Source: Bacteroidetes bacterium RIFCSPLOWO2_12_FULL_37_12 (GTDB taxonomy: Bacteria; Bacteroidota; Bacteroidia; 2-12-FULL-37-12). Taken from it: a stretch of DNA of 64,000 nucleotides. The stretch covers positions 164,277 through 228,276 of the forward strand of contig MEPC01000042.1 of assembly GCA_001769655.1 (NCBI GenBank), in the 5' to 3' direction. A program made the position numbers and the translations under genes. Position 1 is the stretch's first letter; each line of letters starts with the position of its first letter. The notes under the pieces were generated by a model that was not told where the DNA came from, made no database searches, and saw only the letters and a program-made list of their open reading frames with translations. This document shows positions 21,201 to 29,776 of the stretch, piece by piece.

Positions 21201-21642
21201 CTAATCCTGATTTATCACCAATTTCTTCTTGAATTTTTAAACTACGATGATAGTACTCCAAAGCTTTGGCAATGTCGCCTTGATTATTATAGATATAACC
21301 GATATTATTAAAAGCACCTGCCAGAGCAGTTCTGAATGCTTTTTTTTCTTCCTTACTTAGAGAGGAATTTGTAAGATTTTTTAAAGCAAATTTTTTAGCT
21401 TTCTCACAAAGAGGAATCATTGTATCCGGGTTAGAAACATATAAAATTTCGGATAACCCCAGATAAGCATTGGCTAAGGAGGTATCATGAGACGCCGGAT
21501 TATTGACAATCGCATTCAGCGAATCCAATTGTTTCTGATCTTCGGTAGAAAATTGTTGAGCGGCGAGGGGGGTGCAAAACTGAACCCAGAAGCAGAGGGT
21601 ATATTTTAAAAAGAATAAAATTATTTTCATGCTACAGGTCAT
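18262..21642 (-). CDS. Membrane protein made of two tandem [TPR array + 3 TM] modules
   Basis: Two TPR blocks (IQEEIGDK repeats), each followed by RDSVLNKETQKAxIRQQTKYEFEK and near-identical hydrophobic tails (WTGGAPFYKL). Confidence 0.85.
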   Translation of the reverse strand: MTCSMKIILFFLKYTLCFWVQFCTPLAAQQFSTEDQKQLDSLNAIVNNPASHDTSLANAYLGLSEILYVSNPDTMIPLCEKAKKFALKNLTNSSLSKEEKKAFRTALAGAFNNIGYIYNNQGDIAKALEYYHRSLKIQEEIGDKSGLGKCLIIIGFIYQTKGNILMALDYYNKGLAIMEEIGDKKGISETCWNIGNNFNNQGDIVHSLDFLYKSLKTQEKIGDKQGMAYSLISIANIYQVQKDFIQSLNYYHKSLKICEEIGDKQGIALISNNIGLIYSNQRELADALKFFHKSLKIQEEIGDKPGIGVSLINIGSIYEKQVETQNTDLQNKTNISLATEFFRKSMIMSNESNDRLWQSEALRWMSKIKLKADQLDSAELYAKQSMNIVKEFGYPEFTRNAAELISTISRKQALVSGIPLQKQVSLWQEALKMYELYIVNRDSVLNKETQKAAIRQQTKYEFEKEMLVKEQKEKEKKRQEQSAVSRRDKLQNSVIMLGLFVVFGIVFMMGRIRLSHRVVELLIFIPFLLLFEFILTLLDNTINMWTGGAPFYKLFINALLAMMIFPLHRFLESVFKKRLFKGERDIVCEDTNEGGNKTGMSLLMVICFWILVTGFRQPATSYQQSVTDSLLNELKIAQHDTAKLNVLIELVETIEDDKIWHQYNKQAMKLAQHISKNRNEKIRLKGKKGLAETLNNTGIIYHDQGNIAMALEYHLKSLKIQEEIGDKKAIAVGYNNLGFIYNELGDIVNALKYHHNSLKIREAIGDVYGIAQSLNNIGIIYKNQNDTAHAIEYYQRSLMAYEKINDKKGIAACLNNMGIIYDNKNDFISAMKYYHESLKIQEATGNKQGIAVCYHNLGEMYSNQSEISTIDSVRQRNILLSNEYFHKSLILSKEIDDRYWQCFALLGLTNLKLLVMQLDSAKLFGEMGLKIANELEIPAKIRDASYRLSNVYRMEAKTNSIPLQKQVSLWKAALKMYEVFIVNRDSVLNKETQKATIRQQTKYEFEKAMIVKEQEEREKKRQEAVVVDRRDKLQNSVIMIGLFVVFGIVFLLGRFQLPPNLVGLLVFIPFLLFFEFILTLFDSKIDVWTGGAPFYKLLINAGLAMVIFPMHRYLEGVFKRRLFKRT

Positions 21643-21720
21643 TACTTTTAATTATCTTACGTGTTAAACTCTTTTAAACACAAAGACACGAAGACACAAG
21701 GTTATATTCGGCAACCATGA

Positions 21721-23025
21721 TTAATCCAATGATAAAACAAATGAAACCGCATAAAGCGGTATATTTATAAATTCTTTATCCCGGTAAAAATTTCTTGGGG
21801 ATACTCTGAATATTAATTTTGGTTTAAATTTTTCTTCATAACTTCTTAAACTCTTTATATTCCTGTTTGAACCACTTTTTACCTCGAGCGGATATATCTC
21901 ATTTCCCTGTTGAAGTATAAAATCAACTTCGGCTTCATTTTGAGAAGTCCAATAAAATAATTCCCGTCTCAATGATGAAGTCAACTCGGTGGCAATCAGG
22001 TTTTTTACAAAAGCACCATTATATTCTGAAAATAATTCGGTGGGCTTAATGATTAAATCCGATGAAATTTTTAACATGGCTCCTAACAATCCGGTATCGT
22101 GAAAATAGATTTTAAATTTAGTATTATCCGAGTATCCTTTTAGGGGAATTTTGGGTGTGCTTATATTATACGACAAGTATATTAACCCTGCATTTTTTAA
22201 CCATTCAATGGTTTGCTCATAACTTGAGGCACGGGCTTTTTTAACTACATCACTGTACTTAAACTTTTTGTTCTCTTTTGAGAGTTGGTATGGGATGGAG
22301 TGCCATAATTCAGAAATTTTAATTGCTAAAGATTTTTCTGAATACTTGGAAAAATCTCGCTGATATGCTTCCAAAATTTCATTCTGAATCTTTCTTGCCA
22401 ATGCTATATCTCTTTCATCCAAATAGGATTTTAAAACTTCAGGCATCCCGCCAAGATAGAGATACATTTTTAAGTGGCCAAGCAATTTTTCATGAATTAT
22501 TTCCGGTAAGGGTTGAAATGTTTTTCTGTTTTCTAATTCTTTGAGTAAAAGTTCTTCCCCAAACGCAAATAAATATTCAGCGAAACTCATGGGATACATG
22601 GTCATGAAATTAACTTTTCCCACAGGGAAATTGCTTTGTTTGCCTATACTTACTCCAAGTAAGGAACCGGCTGAAATTATATGATAGTGTGATGCCTGTT
22701 CATTAAAATATTTTAATGAAATCAATGCTTCAGGCGATACTTGGATTTCATCAAAAAATATCAATGTGTCATCAGAGAGGATTTTTTTGCCAATGTACAA
22801 TGAAAGGTCTGCAATTAATCTTTTAGGATCCAGATTGCCCTTGAATAATAACTTTAAATCAGGTACTTGTTCAAAGTTAAAATAGATATAGTTGGAATAT
22901 TCTTTTTTTGCAAATTCTTCTACGAGATACGTTTTGCCCACCTGCCTTGCTCCTTGCAATAATAATGGCTTGCGATGTTTGCTTTTTTTCCAGGAAATTA
23001 ATTCAGTATACAGTTGCCTTTTCAT
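21721..23025 (-). CDS. AAA_14 ATPase with DUF4143 and a C-terminal PD-(D/E)xK-like motif
   Basis: Walker A GARQVGKT, Walker B FFDEIQ, GGMP, EVDF...LEVKS. Confidence 0.92.
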   Translation of the reverse strand: MKRQLYTELISWKKSKHRKPLLLQGARQVGKTYLVEEFAKKEYSNYIYFNFEQVPDLKLLFKGNLDPKRLIADLSLYIGKKILSDDTLIFFDEIQVSPEALISLKYFNEQASHYHIISAGSLLGVSIGKQSNFPVGKVNFMTMYPMSFAEYLFAFGEELLLKELENRKTFQPLPEIIHEKLLGHLKMYLYLGGMPEVLKSYLDERDIALARKIQNEILEAYQRDFSKYSEKSLAIKISELWHSIPYQLSKENKKFKYSDVVKKARASSYEQTIEWLKNAGLIYLSYNISTPKIPLKGYSDNTKFKIYFHDTGLLGAMLKISSDLIIKPTELFSEYNGAFVKNLIATELTSSLRRELFYWTSQNEAEVDFILQQGNEIYPLEVKSGSNRNIKSLRSYEEKFKPKLIFRVSPRNFYRDKEFINIPLYAVSFVLSLD

Positions 23026-23036
23026 TTTATCTACTA

Positions 23037-23109
23037 AAAAGTGCTACAAATATACAAATTTATGTAAGAAAAAGTGCTGTTTTTCGTAATTTTATGTACG
23101 GAAAAGTGC
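23037..23109. promoter_or_regulatory. Three AAAAGTGC direct repeats around the -7 box (23047..23054) of the AAA_14 gene; putative operator
   Basis: Copies at 23037, 23070 and 23102 (33 and 32 bp apart); the last two share an upstream TTTATGTA. Confidence 0.5.
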
Positions 23110-23126
23110 GTTTTGCCCTTCCTTTC

Positions 23127-25613
23127 TTACCGTAACACCACCACCTTACCGTAATAATTTACCTCTCCCCCGCTCACTTTTAAGATATAAATACCCTCCG
23201 GTAGATTTTTGATGTAAATCCTACAACTGCTACTGCCACTGCTACTGCTACTGTTACTGCCACTGTTACTGCTACTGCCACTGCTACTGCTACTGCCACT
23301 GCCACTCCTACTGCCACTACCACTGCCGCTGTATCGATGCATCACTACCCTGCCGGTGTTGTCAAAAATTGTCGCCGAGAAATCGTGCCACTCACGAGGT
23401 AGTATCACTTGAATATAATCAATAACCGGATTAGGATAAAAGGAAAAATCCGGAATCATTCGATTTTCTTCCGGTTGGCTTGTAATAATGGATATGCAAT
23501 CGGGCTTCGACGACGTTGTAAAAGTGTCACTCCTTGAGGCATCATAAATTCCAAAAGCATAGTATCCTTTTAAGATATTATTGGTTACAATCTGCCCTAT
23601 CTTATTAGTGGCACTACTCTGAATGTTCAGTGTGTAATCGGGATGAATTTTCCAAATAGAATCCGTTGAAGTACGAAACATCAGCGCGATGCTGTCTTCG
23701 CTGTTGGTAATCCATGAATTATCAAGATATCCTCCGCTTGCATTAGCTCCGTTGTATTTAAAGGTAAGTTTTCCCTGAAGGGAATCCGGGAAAATTCCGT
23801 CTATTTTCCAGTACCGGGCATCGGAAAGATGAAAACCTTCCGGTAAATTTCCTTTGCGCGTTGGAGCAATCCAGTTATGCTCTACACGAAATAAGGCGGA
23901 GTCCTGTATTTTACTCACGTTAAGTGAAAGCTGGGCATAATTAAAAAAACTGTTACCGGTTACTTTAAGCGTCTTCTCCTCTGAAGTAATGGCATCGCTT
24001 ATTTTATCAGCGCGGTCAAGAATAATCATTGCTGGGTTAAATGGAATATGTGTTTTATAAACCAGACACTCTCCGGGAACAATAACTTTTTCAGTAATCT
24101 CATTCCGTTCTTTATCTAAAAAGGTAATTTCCATAGGAACATCCGTAAATATTTCCGGAGCTTCTTTTGTTCGTTGCTGGATTCGAAGTGACACTCTATA
24201 CCAAGTGGCATATTTTTCTACAACTACGGAATCATATTCAAAATGAGGAAACCCGGGATTAAATATCCATTGCTCAAAAAACGGAGAAAGATTTATTTCG
24301 GAACAGGAAGTAAGAAAATCCCGAACCTGTATGGTATTTACTGAATTAAAAGAGTAGGTATTTAATAATTGTTTCAGGCAATGAAAAAACAAAGAATCCC
24401 CCATATAGGCGCGTAACGTATGGGCTACTTGCGATCCCTTTTGATATACATGATCTCCATACGTGTATTCTTTGGGGATTCCATATATAGCACGGTAGCC
24501 GTTGTCGTTAATATGAGCCATGTGAAGAACGGTCTCCAGATTTTCCACCACTTTTTGACGGTATTTCTCCTTTCCATACACATTTTCCCAAAATATATAT
24601 TCCGAATAAGATGCCATTCCCTCGTTAATCCACATGTCTTCCTGCGTCTCACACGTTATTAAGTCACCCCACCAATGATGAGAAAGTTCATGAGCATATA
24701 AATCCTCCTGCGAAAGAGTACCATCCGCCGCATATTGCGGATAACTGATATTGGTGGCATGCTCCATGGCGCCTGAATTAAAGGGTACCAAATTAAATCC
24801 GATCCTATCGAAACGATGGGGACCATACGAATTTTCAAAACCATCTATACATCCAAATAAATTTTTAAACGAGGTTTTCATTTTGGAAGTATCAGACGTA
24901 GCCGCACCGAACTGAACAGGAATGGGTCCATTCAATCCCTGATAAGTCATATTAACCGTCTTGTAATAAGAAACTGCCACCGATGCGAGATAAGTAGGAA
25001 TGGTTTGATTCATTTTCCAATGCCATGTATTAGTTAAATCGCCGTTATCAACCACCTCCTGCAATAAGCCATTGCAGAATGCTTTCATGCTTCCCTTGGT
25101 AGTGATAAAAAACTCGTAAGTAGAACGTTCTACAAAATTATCAACGCAAGGGAACCATGCTCTCCCAAAAACATGAGGATAGGATTCAAATCCAACCCCA
25201 AGATTAAAGGCGTAATTACCGCTAAAGTAAAAACCGCCCCATCCCGAAGGATCCATTGGAGGAATTCCCTGATAAAATACAGTAATTGAAATAGTGTCAC
25301 TTTTCATTAATGGAGAAAGAGTGGTAATGCTCAACAATGTGTCGTTATAAGAATAATTAAGTCCGGTCTGGTAATTTTTTACCGAATCAACGGTAAACCT
25401 GAGCAAATCTAAATCTATTCGAGTCAGGTTATTAATTTTGGAGGCAATAAGAATTTTACAATTTCCCGATATTTTTTTCCCTGTAAAATCAGTGATTTTC
25501 AGGGTGATAGTATAATGAAGGATATCTAAGGTGTCACTCCTGGAATTTTCGGCGGCAAGTGCAGGTAGATTAAGGGAAAGTACTAAAACTATATAAGGGA
25601 GGATTTTTTTCAT
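23127..25613 (-). CDS. M1 family aminopeptidase with T9SS CTD
   Basis: GAMEH motif, HELSH...NEG zinc motif, signal peptide, and CTD (YPNP...GIYILKV). Confidence 0.93.
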   Translation of the reverse strand: MKKILPYIVLVLSLNLPALAAENSRSDTLDILHYTITLKITDFTGKKISGNCKILIASKINNLTRIDLDLLRFTVDSVKNYQTGLNYSYNDTLLSITTLSPLMKSDTISITVFYQGIPPMDPSGWGGFYFSGNYAFNLGVGFESYPHVFGRAWFPCVDNFVERSTYEFFITTKGSMKAFCNGLLQEVVDNGDLTNTWHWKMNQTIPTYLASVAVSYYKTVNMTYQGLNGPIPVQFGAATSDTSKMKTSFKNLFGCIDGFENSYGPHRFDRIGFNLVPFNSGAMEHATNISYPQYAADGTLSQEDLYAHELSHHWWGDLITCETQEDMWINEGMASYSEYIFWENVYGKEKYRQKVVENLETVLHMAHINDNGYRAIYGIPKEYTYGDHVYQKGSQVAHTLRAYMGDSLFFHCLKQLLNTYSFNSVNTIQVRDFLTSCSEINLSPFFEQWIFNPGFPHFEYDSVVVEKYATWYRVSLRIQQRTKEAPEIFTDVPMEITFLDKERNEITEKVIVPGECLVYKTHIPFNPAMIILDRADKISDAITSEEKTLKVTGNSFFNYAQLSLNVSKIQDSALFRVEHNWIAPTRKGNLPEGFHLSDARYWKIDGIFPDSLQGKLTFKYNGANASGGYLDNSWITNSEDSIALMFRTSTDSIWKIHPDYTLNIQSSATNKIGQIVTNNILKGYYAFGIYDASRSDTFTTSSKPDCISIITSQPEENRMIPDFSFYPNPVIDYIQVILPREWHDFSATIFDNTGRVVMHRYSGSGSGSRSGSGSSSSSGSSSNSGSNSSSSSGSSSCRIYIKNLPEGIYILKVSGGEVNYYGKVVVLR
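23226..23330. repeat. In-frame 6-bp microsatellite encoding a Ser/Gly run inside the CTD
   Basis: actgcc/actgct units; the protein reads SGSGSGSRSGSGSSSS... Confidence 0.9.
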
Positions 25614-25623
25614 ACTTTTTGCC

Positions 25624-25660
25624 CAAAGTTAATTTAAAATTTACAATTTCTTTACATTTG
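25624..25660. promoter_or_regulatory. Divergent -7 boxes: TAACTTTG on minus (25624..25631) and TACATTTG on plus (25653..25660)
   Basis: Both match TAnnTTTG and lie between the divergent M1 peptidase and DUF47 genes. Confidence 0.55.
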
Positions 25661-25693
25661 TACCCTTCCTTTGCACCCATAATTCAAAAAACC

Positions 25694-26341
25694 ATGAGCA
25701 TGAACAGCTTTTTTCAGCAACTTCTACCCAAAGAAAAAAAATTCTTTACTTATTTTGAAAAATCTTCTGAGATTTTGGTTGAAATTTCAAAATTACTGAA
25801 TGAATTAGTTACAACATCCTCCAAGGAACGTCGGGCGGAATTAATAAGACAAATTGAAAAAACCGAACATGATGGAGACGAGGTAGCCCATCAAATTTTT
25901 AACGAACTAAGTTCTACATTTATAACTCCATTTGACCGGGAAGATATTCATGCACTGACTTCGGCTATTGACGATATAATCGACTTTATCCACGGAGCAT
26001 CAAAACGGATTGAATTATATAAAGTGGAAGAGTGTACTCCCGCGATAGTTAAATTATCTGAATTAATTGTTAAATCATCGGAACAATTGCAAAGAGCCAT
26101 CAAAGAACTTCGGAACATGAAAAAAGTTCATCAAATGCGTGAGGCACTTGTATTAATAAATAGTTATGAAAATCATGCGGATGATGTTTTTGATTCGGCG
26201 CTTGCCGCATTATTTGAAGAAGAAAAAGATGCCATCAAACTGATAAAAATGAAAGAAGTTCTCGCGGCATTAGAAACAGCCACCGATAAATGTGAAGATG
26301 CCGCCAATGTAATTGAGTCCATTCTGGTGAAATCGGCTTGA
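25694..26341 (+). CDS. DUF47 / PhoU-like phosphate transport regulator
   Basis: FITPFDREDI and ETATDKCEDAA; adjacent to PiT. Start corrected to MSMNSFF. Confidence 0.93.
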   Translation: MSMNSFFQQLLPKEKKFFTYFEKSSEILVEISKLLNELVTTSSKERRAELIRQIEKTEHDGDEVAHQIFNELSSTFITPFDREDIHALTSAIDDIIDFIHGASKRIELYKVEECTPAIVKLSELIVKSSEQLQRAIKELRNMKKVHQMREALVLINSYENHADDVFDSALAALFEEEKDAIKLIKMKEVLAALETATDKCEDAANVIESILVKSA

Positions 26342-26363
26342 AAGTATGTTAGTGTAAAGCACT

Positions 26364-26410
26364 CTCTGGTTTAGGTCTGTAGCCCAGCCAGTGTGACGGC
26401 GACTTAAACC
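26364..26410 (+). repeat. REP-like element (CTCTGGTTTARGTCTGTAGC...GCGACTTAAACC), copy 1
   Basis: Imperfect hairpin; homologous to the reverse complement of 29341..29387. Confidence 0.75.
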
Positions 26411-26419
26411 TTGTATTAG

Positions 26420-26463
26420 ATGATTAAGTAAAGACACGGTGTACCGTGTCTTTACTTAATCAT
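26420..26463. repeat. Perfect palindrome with 21-bp arms (core GTAAAGACACGGT-GT-ACCGTGTCTTTAC)
   Basis: Read directly; ends 6 nt before the pit ATG. Confidence 0.9.
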
Positions 26464-26469
26464 TACCCC

Positions 26470-27459
26470 ATGCTAACCATAGTCATTATAACCATCATTC
26501 TTGCACTTGCCTTCGACTTCCTGAACGGAATGAATGATGCCGCCAATTCAATCGCTACCGTTGTTTCAACCCGGGTTTTACGTCCAAATTTTGCTGTGGC
26601 TTGGGCGGCTTTTTTCAATTTTGCCGCTGTTTTTATTTTCGGGCTTCATGTTGCCAATACTATCGGTAAAGGCATAGTTGAGCCACATATCGTTAATGAA
26701 TATATGATTCTTTCTGCGTTGGTCGGTGGAATTATTTGGGTATATTTCTGTACAATTTATGGATTGCCAATTAGCGTATCCCATTCGTTAATCGGTGGTT
26801 TAATCGGAGCAGGAATTGCAAAAGGTGGAGTGCAGGTGCTAATACTTTCCGGCATCTCAAAAGTCATTCTTTTTATTTTTCTCTCCCCGGTATTTGGGGT
26901 TATTCTTGGTGGAATATTTATGATTGTTACCCAATGGATTTTCAGAAAGTGGAGACCACAAGCAGTAGATGGTTTATTTAAAGTAGGACAATTAGTTTCA
27001 TCCGCCGCATACAGTTTGGGTCATGGTTCAAACGATGCACAGAAAACCATGGGTGTTATTGCCATTCTTCTTTACAGTACGGGTTATCTGGGTAAAGATT
27101 TTTATATTCCTACTTGGGTTATTTTTTCATGTTATACTGTAATTGGCTTGGGAACTTTAGTCGGCGGTAAAAAGGTTATCAAAACCTTAGGAGTGAATCT
27201 AACCCATTTGAAACCTGTAGGTGGATTTTGTGCTGAAATTTCTTCTGCATTTACCCTATTCGGAACTGCATTGGCCGGAATACCCGTGAGCACTACTCAT
27301 TCCATTACGGGTTCTATTATGGGAGTTGGAATGGTAAACAGATTTTCTGCAGTACGTTGGGGAGTGGCTTCCAATATTATGATGGCTTGGGTTCTTACTA
27401 TTCCTGCTTCTGGCTTGATGAGTTGGCTGGTCTATACAATTATTTCGTGGTGGGTGTAA
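26470..27459 (+). CDS. pit: Inorganic phosphate transporter, PiT family
   Basis: NGMNDAANSIAT, GHGSNDAQKTMG, PVSTTH. Confidence 0.96.
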   Translation: MLTIVIITIILALAFDFLNGMNDAANSIATVVSTRVLRPNFAVAWAAFFNFAAVFIFGLHVANTIGKGIVEPHIVNEYMILSALVGGIIWVYFCTIYGLPISVSHSLIGGLIGAGIAKGGVQVLILSGISKVILFIFLSPVFGVILGGIFMIVTQWIFRKWRPQAVDGLFKVGQLVSSAAYSLGHGSNDAQKTMGVIAILLYSTGYLGKDFYIPTWVIFSCYTVIGLGTLVGGKKVIKTLGVNLTHLKPVGGFCAEISSAFTLFGTALAGIPVSTTHSITGSIMGVGMVNRFSAVRWGVASNIMMAWVLTIPASGLMSWLVYTIISWWV

Positions 27460-28036
27460 TGGTAAAAACAGGAAACTCCGGTAGATTTTTATAATTCTCT
27501 CCAAGTTGGGATAGTAATTTTTTATTTTCTTCTTTTAATTTCCTGAATCCAAAAACATTTTCGTCATACCTGATTCTTAGATGTAATATTTCATCGTCTG
27601 CTTTTTTGATTTCATTTACCAACTGTTCATATAAAGGATACATTTTCAGGTTCGGGCTGTTTCGGGCGGCTTCAAATGTCTTTTCTATTATCTCTGTCAT
27701 TTTGTTATCAAAATAATCAATACTATCGGAAGCGCTTATCATTTTCATTGTATATTTTATCTTGCTGAAATCCTGAAAAAGTAAAAGTGCCTTTTTTTGA
27801 TTTACAGAATCACATCCTTCCACAACCGCAATCAGATCAATCAGATGTTTGATGTTTTTCAATTCCTCATCCATGGACTTTGCCATCACATTCCAGTAAA
27901 AATTAATGCTGTCCATTTCATTCTTAATCCGGAACTCAAGTTCTTGTTTTTCAGAATCAGAAAGTTTTTTGGTTGTAAAGTCCTTGCAGGAAAAAAATAA
28001 AAAAATGATAAAAAACAGATACGATTTACTACGCAT
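27440..28036 (-). CDS. Hypothetical lipoprotein with a LemA-like helical C-terminus
   Basis: Lipobox FFSC; C-terminal QLVNEIKKADDEILHLRIRYDENV recalls LemA. Confidence 0.55.
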   Translation of the reverse strand: MRSKSYLFFIIFLFFSCKDFTTKKLSDSEKQELEFRIKNEMDSINFYWNVMAKSMDEELKNIKHLIDLIAVVEGCDSVNQKKALLLFQDFSKIKYTMKMISASDSIDYFDNKMTEIIEKTFEAARNSPNLKMYPLYEQLVNEIKKADDEILHLRIRYDENVFGFRKLKEENKKLLSQLGENYKNLPEFPVFTITPTTK

Positions 28037-28054
28037 GGGAAGTTTTCATTTTTT

Positions 28055-28534
28055 TTACAACGGTTTGAAGTGTTCAAATGCCTGGTGACACGAATAGCAA
28101 TAATGAATGCTCCGGCATAATGTAGAACCAAAGGTAGAGCGAAGAATGGTGTTTCTGCTTCCGCATTGCGGGCAAGCCACTTTTTCCAATTCACTACCTT
28201 CAAAAGTTTTTTCGTATCGCGTGGGAGGAGTAAGACCAAACTCCTGTAAAATTTTCCGCCCTTTATCGGAGATAAGGTTGCTGTTCCATGTACGGTTTTT
28301 GTCCATAACAACTTCCTTTACATTGATTCCATTTTGATTAAGCGCTTCTTTAATTTGCTTTACAATTAAATCAAAGGCGGGGCATCCTAAAAAAGTAGGG
28401 GTCACCTGAACCGATACGCTCAAGTCGGATTCAATTTTTATTTCGCTGACAATCCCCATGTCGGTGATAGACAAAACCGGAATTTCAGGGTCTTTCACTT
28501 CGTTCAGGATGGTTAATATATCTTCGCGGGTCAT
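28055..28534 (-). CDS. paaD: Phenylacetyl-CoA epoxidase subunit PaaD
   Basis: VKDPEIPVLSI, TPTFLGCPA, CPQCGS...FGSTLC...C..C..FEHFK. Start corrected. Confidence 0.95.
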   Translation of the reverse strand: MTREDILTILNEVKDPEIPVLSITDMGIVSEIKIESDLSVSVQVTPTFLGCPAFDLIVKQIKEALNQNGINVKEVVMDKNRTWNSNLISDKGRKILQEFGLTPPTRYEKTFEGSELEKVACPQCGSRNTILRSTFGSTLCRSIHYCYSCHQAFEHFKPL

Positions 28535-28550
28535 GGGTGAGTGGTTTGAG

Positions 28551-29303
28551 TTACCATTCCGTCTCCGGATCAGAACTATAAACTTCATTCATTTCTTCCA
28601 ACAATGGTTTTAAAAATCCGGTATGATTTCCGGTTCTGCCTCCAAAAACGGGTTTAATTTTTTCAGGATCCGGTAAATTAAAATTTGCTTCTTTTAAAAT
28701 CATGGATATTTTTTCCAACCAACTTATTTTTATTTCCTGTTCCCCCTGATAAATGCCAAGTTCAATAAGTTCTTTCTCGAATGGAAATGTTTCAAACATT
28801 CCTAAAGAATAAGGAAAAGCAACCTCAATCGCTTTTTGCATGCGTACATGACTTATTTCGTTGTTGTTTCCAAGTTGTTTAATCCAGATATCGGCATGTA
28901 GAATGTGATATTTCATTTCCCCTGCTGTTTTTCTGCTCAGAAATGACAAGGGTTGATAGTTTGATTTCCCAAACATTCTAAAACGTAAATCCATGGCATG
29001 ATCAAATAAAAAATGCCTGATGAGCGAAAAATCATATTCTCCGTTAGGTAACTCTACAAACTGACAACAACGGTACTGTGACTCGTTTCGCAAAAATGCA
29101 ATTCTGTCAGGCAAGTCCTCTTTTTCCGTCTCATTCAGTATTTTATAAATCTGATAAGCCAAACCAATTTTATCCTGCGCAAGGGAAGAAAATGAGATAT
29201 CCTCCTCGAGTATCGGACCCAGTCCTGTCCATTCCGAATGACGATGCCCCATGATTAAAAGGTCGTCGGCGATGTTGTAAAGGAGATTTTTTATGGAATG
29301 CAT
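28551..29303 (-). CDS. paaC: Phenylacetyl-CoA epoxidase subunit PaaC
   Basis: ADD.LIMGHR.SEW.G.GP.LEED, ELPNG, GGRTGNHT. Confidence 0.95.
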   Translation of the reverse strand: MHSIKNLLYNIADDLLIMGHRHSEWTGLGPILEEDISFSSLAQDKIGLAYQIYKILNETEKEDLPDRIAFLRNESQYRCCQFVELPNGEYDFSLIRHFLFDHAMDLRFRMFGKSNYQPLSFLSRKTAGEMKYHILHADIWIKQLGNNNEISHVRMQKAIEVAFPYSLGMFETFPFEKELIELGIYQGEQEIKISWLEKISMILKEANFNLPDPEKIKPVFGGRTGNHTGFLKPLLEEMNEVYSSDPETEW

Positions 29304-29340
29304 GTTCTACTTTGTTACATATATAGAAAATTACAAATCG

Positions 29341-29387
29341 GGTTTAAGTCGCTACCGCACTTACCTGGCTACAGACTTAAACCAGAG
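29341..29387 (-). repeat. REP-like element copy 2, overlapping the paaB stop codon
   Basis: GGTTTAAGTC...GACTTAAACC hairpin; homologous to 26364..26410. Confidence 0.75.
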
Positions 29388-29760
29388 CGTCTGAATTTCC
29401 TTTTTTAAATTTATTTATCTTATCACGCACCTTAAATCCGCTAGCGTCCCTGTATTTTTTTTCGTCTGATACAGCCGAATAAAACATATCTTCATCCTCC
29501 ATGCTGAAAGCGTGAATGTCTGAACTTTTGCAAACCCAAAGTGACACACACGCCAAACGTCTGCCATATTGTTCTTTGGCAAAAACAAGCGCCAGATCAG
29601 GATGAGGTGCATGTACACAGCCAACATGAACCGGATGATCGCCGCGTTTTTTAATATGAAAAACTTCATACGTAATCCAATGCTCCTGATTTTTTAATAT
29701 TTCCCCACCCGGTATTTGCGGAAGTTCAAGGCGATTGATGCGTGGGTCAAGAGAGGACAT
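29377..29760 (-). CDS. paaB: Phenylacetyl-CoA epoxidase subunit PaaB
   Basis: YEVF...HVGCVHAP...ALVFAKEQYGRR...SLWV; position between paaA and paaC. Confidence 0.93.
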   Translation of the reverse strand: MSSLDPRINRLELPQIPGGEILKNQEHWITYEVFHIKKRGDHPVHVGCVHAPHPDLALVFAKEQYGRRLACVSLWVCKSSDIHAFSMEDEDMFYSAVSDEKKYRDASGFKVRDKINKFKKGNSDALV

Positions 29761-29776
29761 TTGGGCGTTGGATTTA

